Shown: positions 23,344 through 36,574 of the stretch, piece after piece | Layout of the letters: every line of letters begins with the position of its first letter | How positions within the stretch are numbered: the stretch's first letter is position 1 | Assembly: GCA_030390025.1 (NCBI GenBank) | Contig: CM059432.1 | Coordinates: 54,624,001 to 54,688,000 of the forward strand | Source: Squalus acanthias | Lineage: Eukaryota | Direction: 5' to 3' | DNA: 64,000 nucleotides | Position numbers and translations under genes: made by a program | The notes under the pieces: model-generated | The model's database searches: none | Told to the model about the DNA's origin: nothing | The model's input: only the letters and a program-made list of their open reading frames with translations

Positions 23344-26300
23344 CATAGAAACATAGAAAAATAGGAGCAGGAGTAGGCCATTCAGCCCATTGAGCCTGCT
23401 CCATCATTAAATATGATCATAGCTGATCCTCTATCTCAATACCATATTCCCGCTCTCTCCCCATACCCCTTGATGCCTTTTGTGTCTAGAAATCTATCTA
23501 TCTCCTTCTTAAATATATTCAGTGACTTGGCCTCCACAGCCTTCTGTGGTAGAGAATTCCACAGGTTCACCACCTTCTGAGTGAAGAAATTTCTCCTCAT
23601 CTCAGTCCTAAATGTCCTATCCTGTATCCTGAGACTGTGACCCCTCGTTCTAGACGCCCCAGCCAGGGGAAACATCCTCTCTGCATCCAGTCTGTTTCAA
23701 TGAGATCCCCCTCTCATTCTTCTAAACTCTAGTGAATACAGGCCTAGTCGACCCAATCTCTCCTCATACGACAGACCTGCCATCCCAGGAATCAGTCTGG
23801 TGAACCTTCGCTGCACTCCCTCTATGGCAAGTATATCCTTTCTTAGGTAAGGAGACCAAAACTGCACACAGTACTCCAGGTGTGGTCTCATCAAGGCCCT
23901 GTACAACTGTAATAAGACATCCTTGCTCCTGTACTCAAATCCTCTTGCAATGAAGGCCAACATACCATTTGCCTTCTTAACTGCTTGCTGCACCTGCATG
24001 TTTGCTTTCAGTGACTGGTGTACAAGGACACCCAGGTCCCTTTGTACATCAGCATTTCCCAATCTAGCACCATTTAAATAATACTCTACCATTCTGTTTT
24101 GTAAAGTTTCGCAATTATCGCAATTCAAAATAACAAGATAGAAGCAGGTTCGTTTGATCAGTTTTATTAAACGAAGTGCTGTCATGATATAAAGGACACA
24201 GAAGCCTGTAAAATGGCCACTGCGCATCGTGGCAGAAGCTTCCAGAAGTACAGTGGGCAGACAAGATGGCGTTCGAATAAACATTTCAATATAAGACTGG
24301 ATCATACTCGATAAACACTGATAAAGACAGGATGCAACCTGTTTGCATTTGTGACAATAGCAAAAGATATAAGTGCTGGAATCGTTTTCCATGCACAAGT
24401 AAGGACCATTGTACTGGGCAATCGAAGGCCCATCCAGACACATCAATACACAAATACCCCCACGGCTCTACAATGAGAGAGACATCGACGGGTGATTAAG
24501 CAAGCATTCGGGGGCCCCCAAAACCCAGCCAGGGAGGCTCCTAGCCGGTTCGACAATGGGAAAAACATTAACGGGTAGTTGGCCAGTTTCAGGTGCTACC
24601 GAAACCCGTTAAGGAAAGAATAGCCCCACGCTGGGAGTTTTGAGCGCCAATATTATACAAAGGACAAACATTAAGATTTGGGCGGGAGATAAGGGAACAC
24701 AGCACTATAACTATAGTGAACAAATGTCCATCGCTCTCTTGATTTTCGGCTCTTATTCGCTCGAATCGTCTCTTATTCTCTTATCTCGCTGCTGACTGCT
24801 GAACTCTTATTCGCTTGCCGCTTCATGGACTCGCTTGACTGGTGAGCTTTTGATTGTCTCTCTGGACTTTGTTGACTCTTGACTTTTAACCGTACTGGTC
24901 GGTTATTCGAATGTTGGGTGGAGCTCAATCGGAACGAGCCGCCTCGACAAGGGCAAGTGCACCATCCCGAGAGTCGGTAAACGGTGTCTGGACCCGAAGG
25001 CCCAAAAAGACAAGACGAAATGACAAGAAAAGAAGAAGAATCCACGTGCCGCCACGGTCAGTAAACCCCGACCGCGCCCGAAAATATAGAACTCATTTCT
25101 TGAATTCTACGGGTTATTGCACGAACTGGTTTGGGTCCATCGACTTCTTCATCACAACAGGAAGACTCTTCATTGAATTCTACCGACAACTGGTGTCGGT
25201 ACAGGAAGACTTTTCTTTGAGTTCTACAACCGTGCCCGAGTTCTGTCGAGTTCTTCGTGACAACGGGGAGCCCGGCCTGCTTGTCGCAGCAGTGAAGATA
25301 AACAAGTGGGGTACAGAGACCCCTCCAAACACGTGACAGTCAGGCGCTGCAGCGAACGAGCCGAGTGCCTCACTTTAAAATTCTCCGAAGTATCACGAGT
25401 GGTGAGCATGTTTCCCGATCCTACAAATCTAGATGTAGTGTAGGTATTGATAAGGGAGGGTGGTTTTTATTAAGGATAAAGTATAATGTGTTCCCCTTTT
25501 TACGATGTGCCGTGCGTTCTTCATTACCATAGACCAAGCTTTATGAATGTATGTATACTTGTACTCTCGTTAATTTGCGCCTATGACATGTACTTCATGA
25601 TCTTGGACGCTATGCAATAAAGATTTCCATTTCGTACTATTCAACCGGGTCTATTTGAGTTTTTCTCTGCATTACTGCTCTCGCACCTAAGTCCAGTGTT
25701 AGAACCGTAAGGGCGAGTGGGTCGAACCACTCACAGGTGCTTATTGCAACAAGGCTGGCCGGAGACCAGAGCAAGCAATAGTATTAGGCAACGAAGGCCT
25801 AACCTCGCACCAGCACCATCTGTGATGCAAGCACGACAAAACCCCTTACGGTTTTTCCTACCGAAGTGGATAACTTCACATTTATCCACATTATACTGCA
25901 TCTGCCATGTATTTGCCCACTCACTCAACTTGTCTAAATTGCCTTGAACCCTCTTTGCATCCTCCTCACAACTCACAATCCCACCTAGTTTTGTGTCATC
26001 AGCAAACTTGGAAATATTACATTTGGTTCCCTCATCCAAATCATTGATATATATTGTGAATAGCTGGGGCCCAAGCACTGATCCCTACGGTACCCCACTA
26101 GTCACCGCCTGCCACCCCGAAAAAGACTCATTTATTCCTACTCTCTGTTTCCTGTCTGTTAACCAATTTTCAATCCATGCCAGTATATTAACCCCAATCC
26201 CATGTGCTTTAATTTTGCACACTAACCTCTTATGTGGGACTTTATCAAAGGCCTTCTGAAAATCCAAATACACCACATCCACTGGTTCTCCCTTATCTAT

Positions 26301-27226
26301 TCTATCAGTTACATCCTCAAGAAACCCCAGTAGGTTTGTCAAACACGATTTCCCTTTCATAAATCCATGTTGACTTTGTCTAATCTCGTTGATATTTTCT
26401 AAGTGTCCTGTTATCACATCCTTTATAATAGACTCTAGCATTTTCCCTACTACTGATATTAGGCTAACCGGTCTGTAGTTCCCTGTTTTCTCTCTCCCTC
26501 CTTTTATAAATAGTGGGGTTACATTTGCCACCCTCCAATCTGCAGGAACTGTTCCATAATCTATAGAATTTTGGAAGATGACAACCAATGCATCCACTAT
26601 TTCCATGGCTACCTCTTTTAGTACTCTGGGATGCAAATTATCAGGCCCTGGGGATTTATCAGCTTTCAGTCCCATTAATTTCTCCAGCACTATTTTTTTA
26701 CTAATAATAATTTCCTTTAATTCCTCCTTCTCACTAGATCCTTGATTCCCTAGCATTTCTGGGAAGTTATTTGTGTCCTCTTCTGTGAAAACAGAACCAA
26801 AGTATTTGTTTAATTGCACTGCCATTTCCTTGTTCCCCATTATAAATTCTCCCATTTCTGACTGTAGGGGACCTACATTTGTCTTCACTAATCTTTTTCT
26901 TTTTACATACTTCTGGAAGCTTTTACAATCCGCTTTTATGTTCCTTGCAAGTTTACTCTCATACTCTATTTTTCCCCTCTTAATCAATCTCTTGGTCCTT
27001 TTTTGCTGAACTGCTCCCAATCCTCAGGCTTGCTACTTTTTCTGGCAACTTTATATGACTCCTCTTTGGATCTAATACTATCCTTAATTTCTTTTGTTAG
27101 CCATGGTTGGGCCGCTTTTCCTTTTGTGTTTTTGCGCCAGAAAGGAATGTATAACTTTTGCAATTCATGCATTCCTTGCTTAAATGTTAGCCATTGCCTA
27201 TCCACCGTCATGCCTTTTAATGAAGC
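23344..27226 (-). mobile_element. 5'-truncated CR1 LINE interrupted by solo LTR-C
   Basis: RT ORF pieces 26085-27020, 25851-26078, 23436-24099; tail (tttctatg)n. Confidence 0.95.
24100..25850 (+). mobile_element. Solo LTR (1751 bp) (LTR-C) inserted in CR1 RT
   Basis: tgtaa...cttacg termini; TSD GTTT; CR1 sequence rejoins across it; TATA at 24706, AATAAA at 25616. Confidence 0.9.
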
Positions 27227-27514
27227 TCCTGGCATTTACACCAGGATTGTACCCAACAGTTACCTTTGCCACTGACCCTACCAAATTATGCAGGGTATGG
27301 GGAAGGTCGCTTAATCTGGAGGCCATTGGTGGGCACATCTAGCAACCCTTGTGAAGCATGCCACAAACTGTGGTGTAATTGCCCAGAACATGGTGTTGAG
27401 GGGAAGGTGAGTGCAGTGTGTCAGCATTGACTTCAATGGAAATAAAACTCAGGAGAGATGTAAAGCGAGCTGCCGGTTCCCTATCACCCGTTTTACACTA
27501 TCGCACAAAATCAA

Positions 27515-28315
27515 GATCTATACTCAATGGAATACAAGCCTAATCTATGCAACCTGTCCTCATAATTTAACCCCTTTAGCCCCGATATAATTCTGGTGAA
27601 TCTGCGCTGCACCCTCTCCAAGGCCAATGTATCTTTCCTGAGGTGCAGTGCCCAGAACTTAACATAGTACCCCAGATGCGGTTTAACCTGAGCTTTATAC
27701 AAATATAGCATAAACTACACCCCTTTGTATTCCAGCCTCCTTGAGATAAAGGCCAACATTCCATTAGCCTTTTTAATTAATTTTTCTCACCATTTAATAA
27801 TTCTCTGATCTATCTTTCTTAGGTCCAAAGTGGATGACCTCACACTTCCTACATTGAACTCCATCTACCACAGTTTTGCCCACGCACTTTAATCTATCCC
27901 TATGCAACTTTCTAATCCCATCTACACTACTTACTGTGCCACCTAACTTAGTATCATCAGCAAACTTGGATATACTGCTTTTGGTTCTTCATCTAATTCA
28001 TTGCTAAATATAGTGAAAAGCTGAGGCCCCAGTACAGATCCCTGGTTGACACCACTAGTACATATCCATTATCCCTACTCTCTGTCTCCTACCTCCTAAC
28101 CTCTTTTCTACCCATGTCAATAGGTTGCCTCCAATTCCATGTGCTTTTGTTTTTGTCAACAGTCTCGTGTGGAAACTTATCGAATGCCTTCTGAAAGTCC
28201 ATATAAATAACATCCATAAACACTTCCTTATCTACCACATTAGTAATCTCCTCAAACAATTCAATTAGGTTAGTTAGACATGACTTTACAAATTCATGCT
28301 GGCTCTCTCTGATCA
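27515..28315 (-). mobile_element. Degraded CR1 RT fragment
   Basis: ESQHEFVKSCLTNL...[26 protein letters not shown]. Confidence 0.85.
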
Positions 28316-30859
28316 CTGGCAGAAATTAAATAAAATTAAAGCTGTAGGAGATAAACTGTAGGAGATAAACTTGTCTTTACATTGCAGTTATGCAGCATAC
28401 AGCAAACCATGGTTGTTTTGAACACATTTGCTGGATATAGAGGAGCACCCTGCCTGAGCATTCCAAAACAACGGATGATTTCCTTTAGCATCTGAATGAT
28501 GTACTCACAGTAATTGTGTTTGAGGGATGTGACTCATTCTAGTTATGTTACGTTACTGTTCAAGGGTTTTTCAGACAAATCATCCGTCATGGATTATTTT
28601 TTACACAGATGTCTTTTTGTTCAAAATATGTTTGTACTCGAGCACAAACATGAACAAAATCTGTGAGAACCTCAGGGAATTACTTACATGTAGTGAAACT
28701 TGTTCTTCCTTTGTATTTTAAATTGGCAGAGTTATTCGAATTGTAGAATCCTCTAAATAGATATCCGCAGAGTTTATCACTTACAGCTTAAATTTTATTT
28801 CATTTTTGCCAGTGATTCAGCCCAATAGATTGTTTTATGCATGATAAACTAGACTCCCAGCTGTTTTTTTTACTTAAGCGCGCTATGAAAATTCTGCCAG
28901 AATATTTTGAATCACTGCATCAGATTGTCCACAAATTCTGAGTGGACAGAAATCCAGCAGTATAGCTCACTGCCTCAGATTATCCTCACCATTTGATTTG
29001 GTACATCTAGTCTCAAGCTGATAAAGAACCAAAGCAGTGAGCTGAAATGTCTTGCAAAAATTTCAACTCAGCATTGAAGGCAGAAATCATTCAATTTCTC
29101 ATGAATACAATCCATTAAACAAACACTGGGCCCCAATTTAGGATCTCTTTTTGCAGAATCTTTTCTTCTGCCCAGGAAGTGTTTAGGTTGGCCTCTGGCA
29201 GATTGGCACACTGCAACTCCATTTTTCAAGGGCAGATTGGGGCATTTGCCTCTGAAGTGCCCTTGCAGGTGCGAATGTCCTGCTCTGACCCTATCCCCGG
29301 AATTTGGGAACGGGTCTCATCTATGTGCATGAGTAGATGGGGTTCTACTCTGTCACACTTATGCTGGCAGAGCAGGATTCCAAGAATGTGTCTATGAGAC
29401 TCCTAGTTGTCCAGTGGGAGATATTAGATGGTCATTCAGTGGTGATCCAATCCTACCCAAGCTCCGAAAAGAGCAATGTTACCTATGTTAAGGAGTAAGT
29501 GAAAAATTATAATAGTTCTTACCCTTTCTTCTTGATGTAAATCAAATCATTCGATGTTACAGAGCAATTCCACCAGTGCTCCAAAACATGGATAAGAACT
29601 TTTTCCATTTTGACCTGCACATCTTTAAATTCATACTTAGAATTCATACTTAGAATTCAAAGGAGCCCACAGAAGCTAAATCTGATCCCAAAAAACTGAA
29701 TTAACCTGAATGATCCAGTAACTAGTGTCCAAACTGTCCAGTGTTTTTTTTAGACATTAGAGTGACTTTATTATACGAGTCACTTTGCATAGTCTGAGGA
29801 TAGTTGTGTGTGATTCTTTGTGATACATAGTTTTGATTTTGTTTATTTTGGAACAGATGTTTACTCCACTACAGGAAGTAGCTCAATGCATATGTTTAAA
29901 TACATTACATTTAAAAATGGAGTCACTCAGATTACTATAAAACCCATGCTTGTAGGTCCCAATGTTCCTGCACCCAACATGAGCTTCATCTGTCCAAGCA
30001 TCAGATCGCACAATTTTGTTGGGCCTAGTCATTATTATGGCCCAGGGAAGGCTGCCCCCTGGCAGAGCCTTGCACCAGGAATTGGCAGTGGGAAGCAGAT
30101 ATTCAGAAAATTACTCCTCATTAGTCACCATCTTCAAGAGAGGAGAGAAAAAAGGGAAATGGAAACAAAAATAATGTTATTCAAGTACGCTTCAAAGTTT
30201 CAAAAGAAAATATTAGAAAGAGCTCTAATTGCTCCAGTATTTAGAAGAATATTGAAGGTGGCACTGAATAATGGGCTTGTCAACTTCAATGGAGGAGCTG
30301 GCTAAAAGAATTGATAGTTGCGGATATTCCATTTTCTGAATTTGATACAAATGTCAGTGGAGACTGGCCTCCTGAGTATCTACAGACTTTGTCATTTTTG
30401 AAAGGTCAACAGATGCTGGATCTATTCTTCTCAGTGGTAGCAGCTCAACATCTCAAGGTCAAATCTTTTTGTCCATAGACAGCAAATAAGAAGCAATGTT
30501 GTCCATGTCTTTCTTAGGCTTTTTGTCATAGTATTTTGAAAATAACATTTCTGTGCATGTTAGGTAAAACCTTCTGACTTTTTTAATTTGGAGAGATGGG
30601 GGTAGGTTTTTGTCTTCACCACCTGGGTCGCAATCTGGAAGACCTGCCCAAATTTCATTCCATTGAAATCAGTGAGACCGGGCAAACCAAGCAGCCGAAG
30701 GGTGGATGTGGGCGCCAGCTGGGGTTCTAGTCCTGGACTCCCCAAGAGGAGGCAAATTTTGAAGATGTATTTTGGCTCCGTTACAAAAGGGGGGCGAGGA
30801 GCCACCCACCTCTTCCTTCATTCTTCAGGGGAAAACCCTGCAACTCCCCAGAACTGGTA

Positions 30860-31119
30860 ATTTGAGATTTCCACTACACTTTGTGTGAAAAAGTGCTTCC
30901 TGATTTCACTACTGAATGGCCTAGCTCTAATTTTAAGATTGTACCTTATTATTCTGGATTTTCCCACCAGAGGAAAGAGCTTCTCTGTATCTACCCTATC
31001 AAATCCTTTTATCATTTTAAACACCTCATTTAGATCACCCCTCACCCTTTTAAACTCAAGAGAATACAAGCCAAGTTTATGCAACCTGGTTCATAATTTA
31101 ACCCTTTAAGCCCTGATAT
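30860..31119 (-). mobile_element. CR1 3' fragment
   Basis: LGLYSLEFKRVRGDL...KHFFTQSVV. Confidence 0.8.
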
Positions 31120-31591
31120 TGTGAAGGAATAAGCTATATTCAGAAAAATACACCATTCTATGAAATAATTCTGGCCTTTGTAACATGACAAACTGGGCTT
31201 GAAAATCTAAAAACCTAACAATGGAGAAGCTGTGAACAGCATTCAGGCTATTGAGATAAGATAAGTTGTTGACACTGAATCAATAGCCTTATTGAAACAG
31301 GAGGTTGGAGGTTGCTGAAAGTCTGAAGCTTTGGAAAGAACACAATGGTACACCCAGTTAAGGTGTTTTAAAGTACATTTCATAAACAGGCACATAAAAG
31401 AAGAAGAAACATATGCCTTCGTAAAAATGACATCAAGTAAAAGAAACACCTGCCGTCAAATCGTTTTTATGTTAAACTTAGAACACCTACGGACAGGAGA
31501 CATAAGTCTGTGTTACAACCAGCTGAGGTGACATAAGAATTGCATAGATCACCCTAGTTGAGGTTGTTTTAATTTACACGTCGTAAAAAGA
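31120..31591 (+). mobile_element. Truncated LTR (5' part) of the LTR-D family
   Basis: Starts tgtgaaggaataagc and matches the reverse complement of ~56730-57201. Confidence 0.85.
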
Positions 31592-32949
31592 ATTTTCTGG
31601 GGTGACAGCAGGCCGGGTGGGAAAGTGTTTTTTTTTGACAGCAGGTCAGGACCCCGCTGTCAACCCACTGCCACATGCCTTTCCCAATGTTTGTCAGCAC
31701 TGAGCAGACCCGACCAGCAGCGGTGGGGGATCCAATCAATCTCATTATTGCCTTGCTGACAGATCATAAACAGGATTTTTTAACTTACCTTTTGACTTTA
31801 ACTTCATGGCCATGGGAACCACACTATTTGGGGACCACGGCTGTCAACCTGAGGCAGGAGTTCAGTGGTCATTGCTCCAGCTGATTCTTGACAGCTTCAA
31901 ATGTACAGTAAAAGCATCCACCTAACATATCTTCACTTGCCTCAGCCACAAGCTGTTTCTCAGTCCATTTCCAGTACAGATTCTGCAGGCTTTCCACTTT
32001 CCACTCTCCATCTAGTATCACCTCTTTGGAAGAACTCTCTCACCATTGACAGAATGCTTCTGCCATCTCTCCTTCACCTGTCATCTATTCCATCAACATG
32101 GGTGCACTTTATACTGTCTCACCTTGGTCCTCAGAATCCCACCATGATAAGCCCCAACACCAGCAGCACCAGGCACACCAGCAGCGCCAACAACAACACC
32201 AACCTTCTCCACAATCACCTGATGCTGCACAGGATAGAGGACATCAGCACCCGAGCACATTGCTGCCCAGGAGGCCAGGGATGGCCTCACCATGGCCAGA
32301 TTTACTTCACTTGACGCTGTACACCCTGGCTGCCACATGATGCGCCAGGTTGGCACCACCCCACACCAACACCATATAGCATCCCTACAATGTCCAAGCC
32401 ATTCCTTTCACACCCACCACCATTGCGGGGGGTACTGTTATGTCTCACTATTCACTGGAACTCAATAAGCCACTTACAAAGGTGCACACAAATCTACCCA
32501 AAAACGCAAAGTGTTGAAAATAAAGGTTTCAATGTTTGACACCGCATTAACAGAAACTTCACATGAACATTGGAAAAAACACCCAAGTGGCTACCCTTGT
32601 GTGTTGTTAGTTGGTATGATTGCACTAGGATGAGGGTCAGAGGTAGCTAGTGAGATGGGGATGTGATAATGTAGATAGAGAGAGAGGGATGGAAGGAGGT
32701 GCAAGATAAGTTGGTGTGAATAAGGATGTTCAGGGGTAGGGTATGGAAGGCAGAGTGATGGGGATGTGATGAGAAGCACAGCAGGATGAAGGTGAGTGTG
32801 GTTTTGTATTAACATAGAAACATAGAAGATAGGAGCACGAGTAGGCCATTCGGCCCCTCGAGCCTGCTCCACCATTCAATGTGATCATGGCTGATCATCC
32901 AAATTCAGTACCCTGTCCCTGCTTTCTACCCATATCCCTTGATCCCTTA

Positions 32950-35900
32950 GCCTTAAGAAATATATCTAACTCCTTCTTGAATATATTTAATGAATTGGAC
33001 TCAACTGCCTTCTGTGGTAGAGAATTCCACAGGTTCACCACTCTCTGGGTGAAGAAATTCCTCCTCATCTCAGTCCTAAATGGCTTACCCCATATCCTTA
33101 GACTGTGACCCCTGGTTCTGGACTCCCCCGCCATCGGGAACATCCTTCCTGCATCTAGTCTATCTAGTCCTGTTAGAATTTTATAAGTTTCAATGAGATC
33201 CTCTCTCATTCTTCTAAACTCTAGTGAATACAAGCCCAATCGACCCAATCTCTCTTCATACGTCATTCCTGCCATCCCAGGTATCAGTCTGGTGAATCTT
33301 CGCTGCACTCCCTCCATGGCAAAAACATCCTTCCTCAGATAAGGCGACCAAAACTGCACACAATACTCAAGGTGTGGTCTCACCAAAGCCCTGTACAACT
33401 GCAGCAAGACATCCTTGCTCCTGTACTCGAATCCTCTCACTATGAAGGCCAACATACCATTTGCCTTCTTAACCGCCTGCTGCACCTGCATGCTTACCAT
33501 CAGCGACTGGTGCACAAGGACACCCAGGTCTCATTGCACTTCCCCTTTTCCCAATCTATTGACATTCAGATAATAATCTGCCTTCCTGTTTTTGCCACCA
33601 AAGTAGACAACCTCGCATTTATCCACATTATACTGCATCTGCCATGCATCTGCCCAATCACCCAACCTGTCCAAATCATACTGGAGTTTCTCTGCATCCT
33701 CCTCACAGCACACACTCCCACCCAGCTTTGTGTCGTCCGCAAACTTGGAGATATTGGGCTGGATTTTGAATGACCCGTGGAGTCGGGTTTGGAGGCGTGT
33801 GGGGGGTTAAAGTAGCAGATTCGGGGGTCCAGACCCCATCCTGACTCCAACACGCCTCCACGCAATTTAGACAAAATGGGTCGTGGGGTTCCCGACTCCG
33901 TCCCGCCTCCAAGAGGCGCGAGAGGCCATTAACGCTCTTAACTATCCCTAAATTGGCTCTGTAATGCCATTTTGAAACGTTTTAGCTAGTTTAACCCTTT
34001 TCCGACATGAAGTACGCCTGATGTGAAACACTCCAGTGAAACCTGGTGGGAGCACAAGTGGATAGCTGACTAGCAGCTGCAGGTCCACTATTACAACGGA
34101 GATGTGATGATGGTAGTAGTAGTATCTCTCTCACTCTCTCTCTCTCTCTCTCTTTAGAGATGCTGCTCATTTTGCATCCAAGTCCTCTCACACCAAAAGC
34201 CAGGCAGTCTCTGAGACCAGGCAGGCAGTCTCTGACCTGCAATGATGACATCATCAGAGGCGACTTTCAGACTGAAACCACTAATTGGTTCATGGGTTCC
34301 CACATGCTGGAACTCAATTACCCAATTAAGTGAAAATTGCATCACTCATCCACATTAATCTGGAGTCGGGGGGGCAACACGAAATGTGGGTAACACGACC
34401 CCAACCCGACCCCAAGACAAAATCCAGCCCATTACATCTAGTTCCCTCGTCTAGATCATTGATATATATTGTGAATAACTGGGGTCCTAGCACCGATCCC
34501 TGCGGTACCCCACTAGTCACTGCCTGCCACTCGGAAAAAGACCCGTTTATTCCAAGTCTTTGCTTCCTGTCTGCCAACCAGTTTTCTATCCAAGTCAGTA
34601 CCTTACCCCCAATCCCATGTGCTTTAACTTTGCACGCTAATCTCTTATGCGGGACCTTGTCGAAAGCCTTCTGAAAGTCCAAATACACCACATCCACTGG
34701 TTCTCCCTTATCTATTCTACCAGTTACATCCTCAAAAAATTCCAGTAGATTAGTCAAGCATGATTTACCTTTTGTAAATCCATGTTGACTTTGTCCGATC
34801 CTGTCACTGTTTTCCAAGTGCTCTGCTATTACATCTTTTACAATGGACTCTAGCATTTTCCCCACTACCGATGTCAGGCTTACCAGTCTATAATTCCCCA
34901 TTTTCTCTCGACCACCTTTTTAAATGGTGGGGTTACATTAGCTACACTCCAATCCATGGGAACTGTTCCAGAGTCTATAGAATTCTGGAAGATGACCAGC
35001 AATGCATCTATTATTTCTAGGGCCACTTCCTTAAGTACCCTAGGATGTAGATTATCAGGCCCTGGGGATTTATCGGCCTTCAATCCCGTCAATTTCCCTA
35101 ACACCACTTCCCTACAAATACTGATTTCATTCAGTTCCTCCCTCTCATTAGACCCTATGTTCCCCGACATCTCTGGGAGGTTATTTGTGTCCTCCTTTGT
35201 GAAGACAGAACCAAAGTATGTATTTAATTGGTCTGCCATTTCTTTGTTCCCCATTATAAATTCCCCTGATTCTGACTGCAAGGGACCTACGCTTGACTTC
35301 ACCAATCTTTTTCTCTTCACATATCTATAGAAGCTTTTACAGTCAGTTTTTATGTTCCCTGCAAGCTTACTCTCATATTCTATTTTCCCCCTCTTAATTA
35401 ATCCCTTTGTCCTCCTTTGCTGAATCCTAAACTGCTCCCAATCTTCAGGTTTGCTGCTTTTTCTGGCCAATTTATATGTCCTCTCCTTGGATCTTATGCT
35501 ATCCCTAATTTCCCTTGTTAGCCATGGTTGAGTCACCATTTTTGTTTTATTTTTATGCCAAACAGGGATGAACAAATTCTGTAGTTCATCCATGCGATCT
35601 TTAAATGTTTGCCATTGCCTATCCACCATCAACCCTTTAAGTAACATTCCCCAATCCATCCTAGCCTACTCGCGCCTCATCCCATCGTAGTTTCCTTTAT
35701 TTAAATTCAAGACCCTAGTCTCTGAGTCAACTACTTCACTCTCCATCTTAATGAAGAATTCTATCATATTATGATCGCTCCTCCCCAAGGGGCCTCGCAC
35801 AACAAGATTGCTAATTAATCCTTTATCATTACACAATACCCAGTCTAAGATGGCCTGATCTCTAGCTGGTTCCTCGACATATTGGTCCAGGAAACCATCC

Positions 35901-36574
35901 CGTATACACTCTAGGAATTCCTGCTCCACAGTATTGTTACTAATTTGGTTAGTTCAATCTATATGTAGATTGAAGTCACCCATGATAACTGCTCTGCCCT
36001 TATTGCACGCATCTCTAATTTCCCATTTAATGCCATCCCCAACCTCAGCATTACTGTTTGGGGGTCTGTATACAACTCCCACTAACATTTTCTGCCCCTT
36101 GGTATTTCTCAGCTCTACCCATACAGATTCCACATCATCAGAGCTAATATCCTTCCTTACTATTGTGTTAATCTCCTCTTTAACCAGCAATGCTACCCCA
36201 CCTCCTTTTCCTTTTTGCCTGTTCTTCCTGAATATTGAATACCCCTGGATGTTGAATTCCAAGCCCTGGTCACCCTGGAGCCATGTCTCCGTAATCCCAA
36301 TTATATCATATCCATTTACATCTATTTGCACAGCTAATTCATCCACCTTATTACGAATGCTCCTTGCATTAAGACACAAAGCCTTCAGGCTTGTTTTTTT
36401 AACACTCTTAGACCATTTAGAATGATTGTTTACTGTGGCCATGTTTGATTTATGCCCTTGATTTCTCTGACTTCCACTTTTGCTTTTCTCCTTCCTGTCT
36501 TTTGTTTCTATCCTTGCTTCCCTTTCCTCTGTCTCCCTGCACAGGTTCACAACCCCCTGCCATTTTAGTTTAAA
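32950..36574 (-). pseudogene. CR1 ORF2: APE endonuclease and reverse transcriptase
   Basis: [53 protein letters not shown]; stops, frameshifts and a MITE insertion. Confidence 0.92.
33756..34430. mobile_element. Harbinger-type MITE in CR1 RT
   Basis: TIR gggctggattttg / caaaatccagccc; TSD ATT (33753-55, 34431-33). Confidence 0.92.

Noticed and set aside
24911..25336. 141-aa ORF inside LTR-C as an accessory gene
   Set aside because: No evident conserved ORF in the homologous LTR-B
28682..28790. Possible minus-strand exon (GFYNSNNSANLKYKGRTSFTT followed by gtaagt)
   Set aside because: Weak acceptor, no recognisable protein and no partner exons
29820..30305. 161-aa ORF
   Set aside because: Non-ATG start and no recognisable motif; consistent with chance
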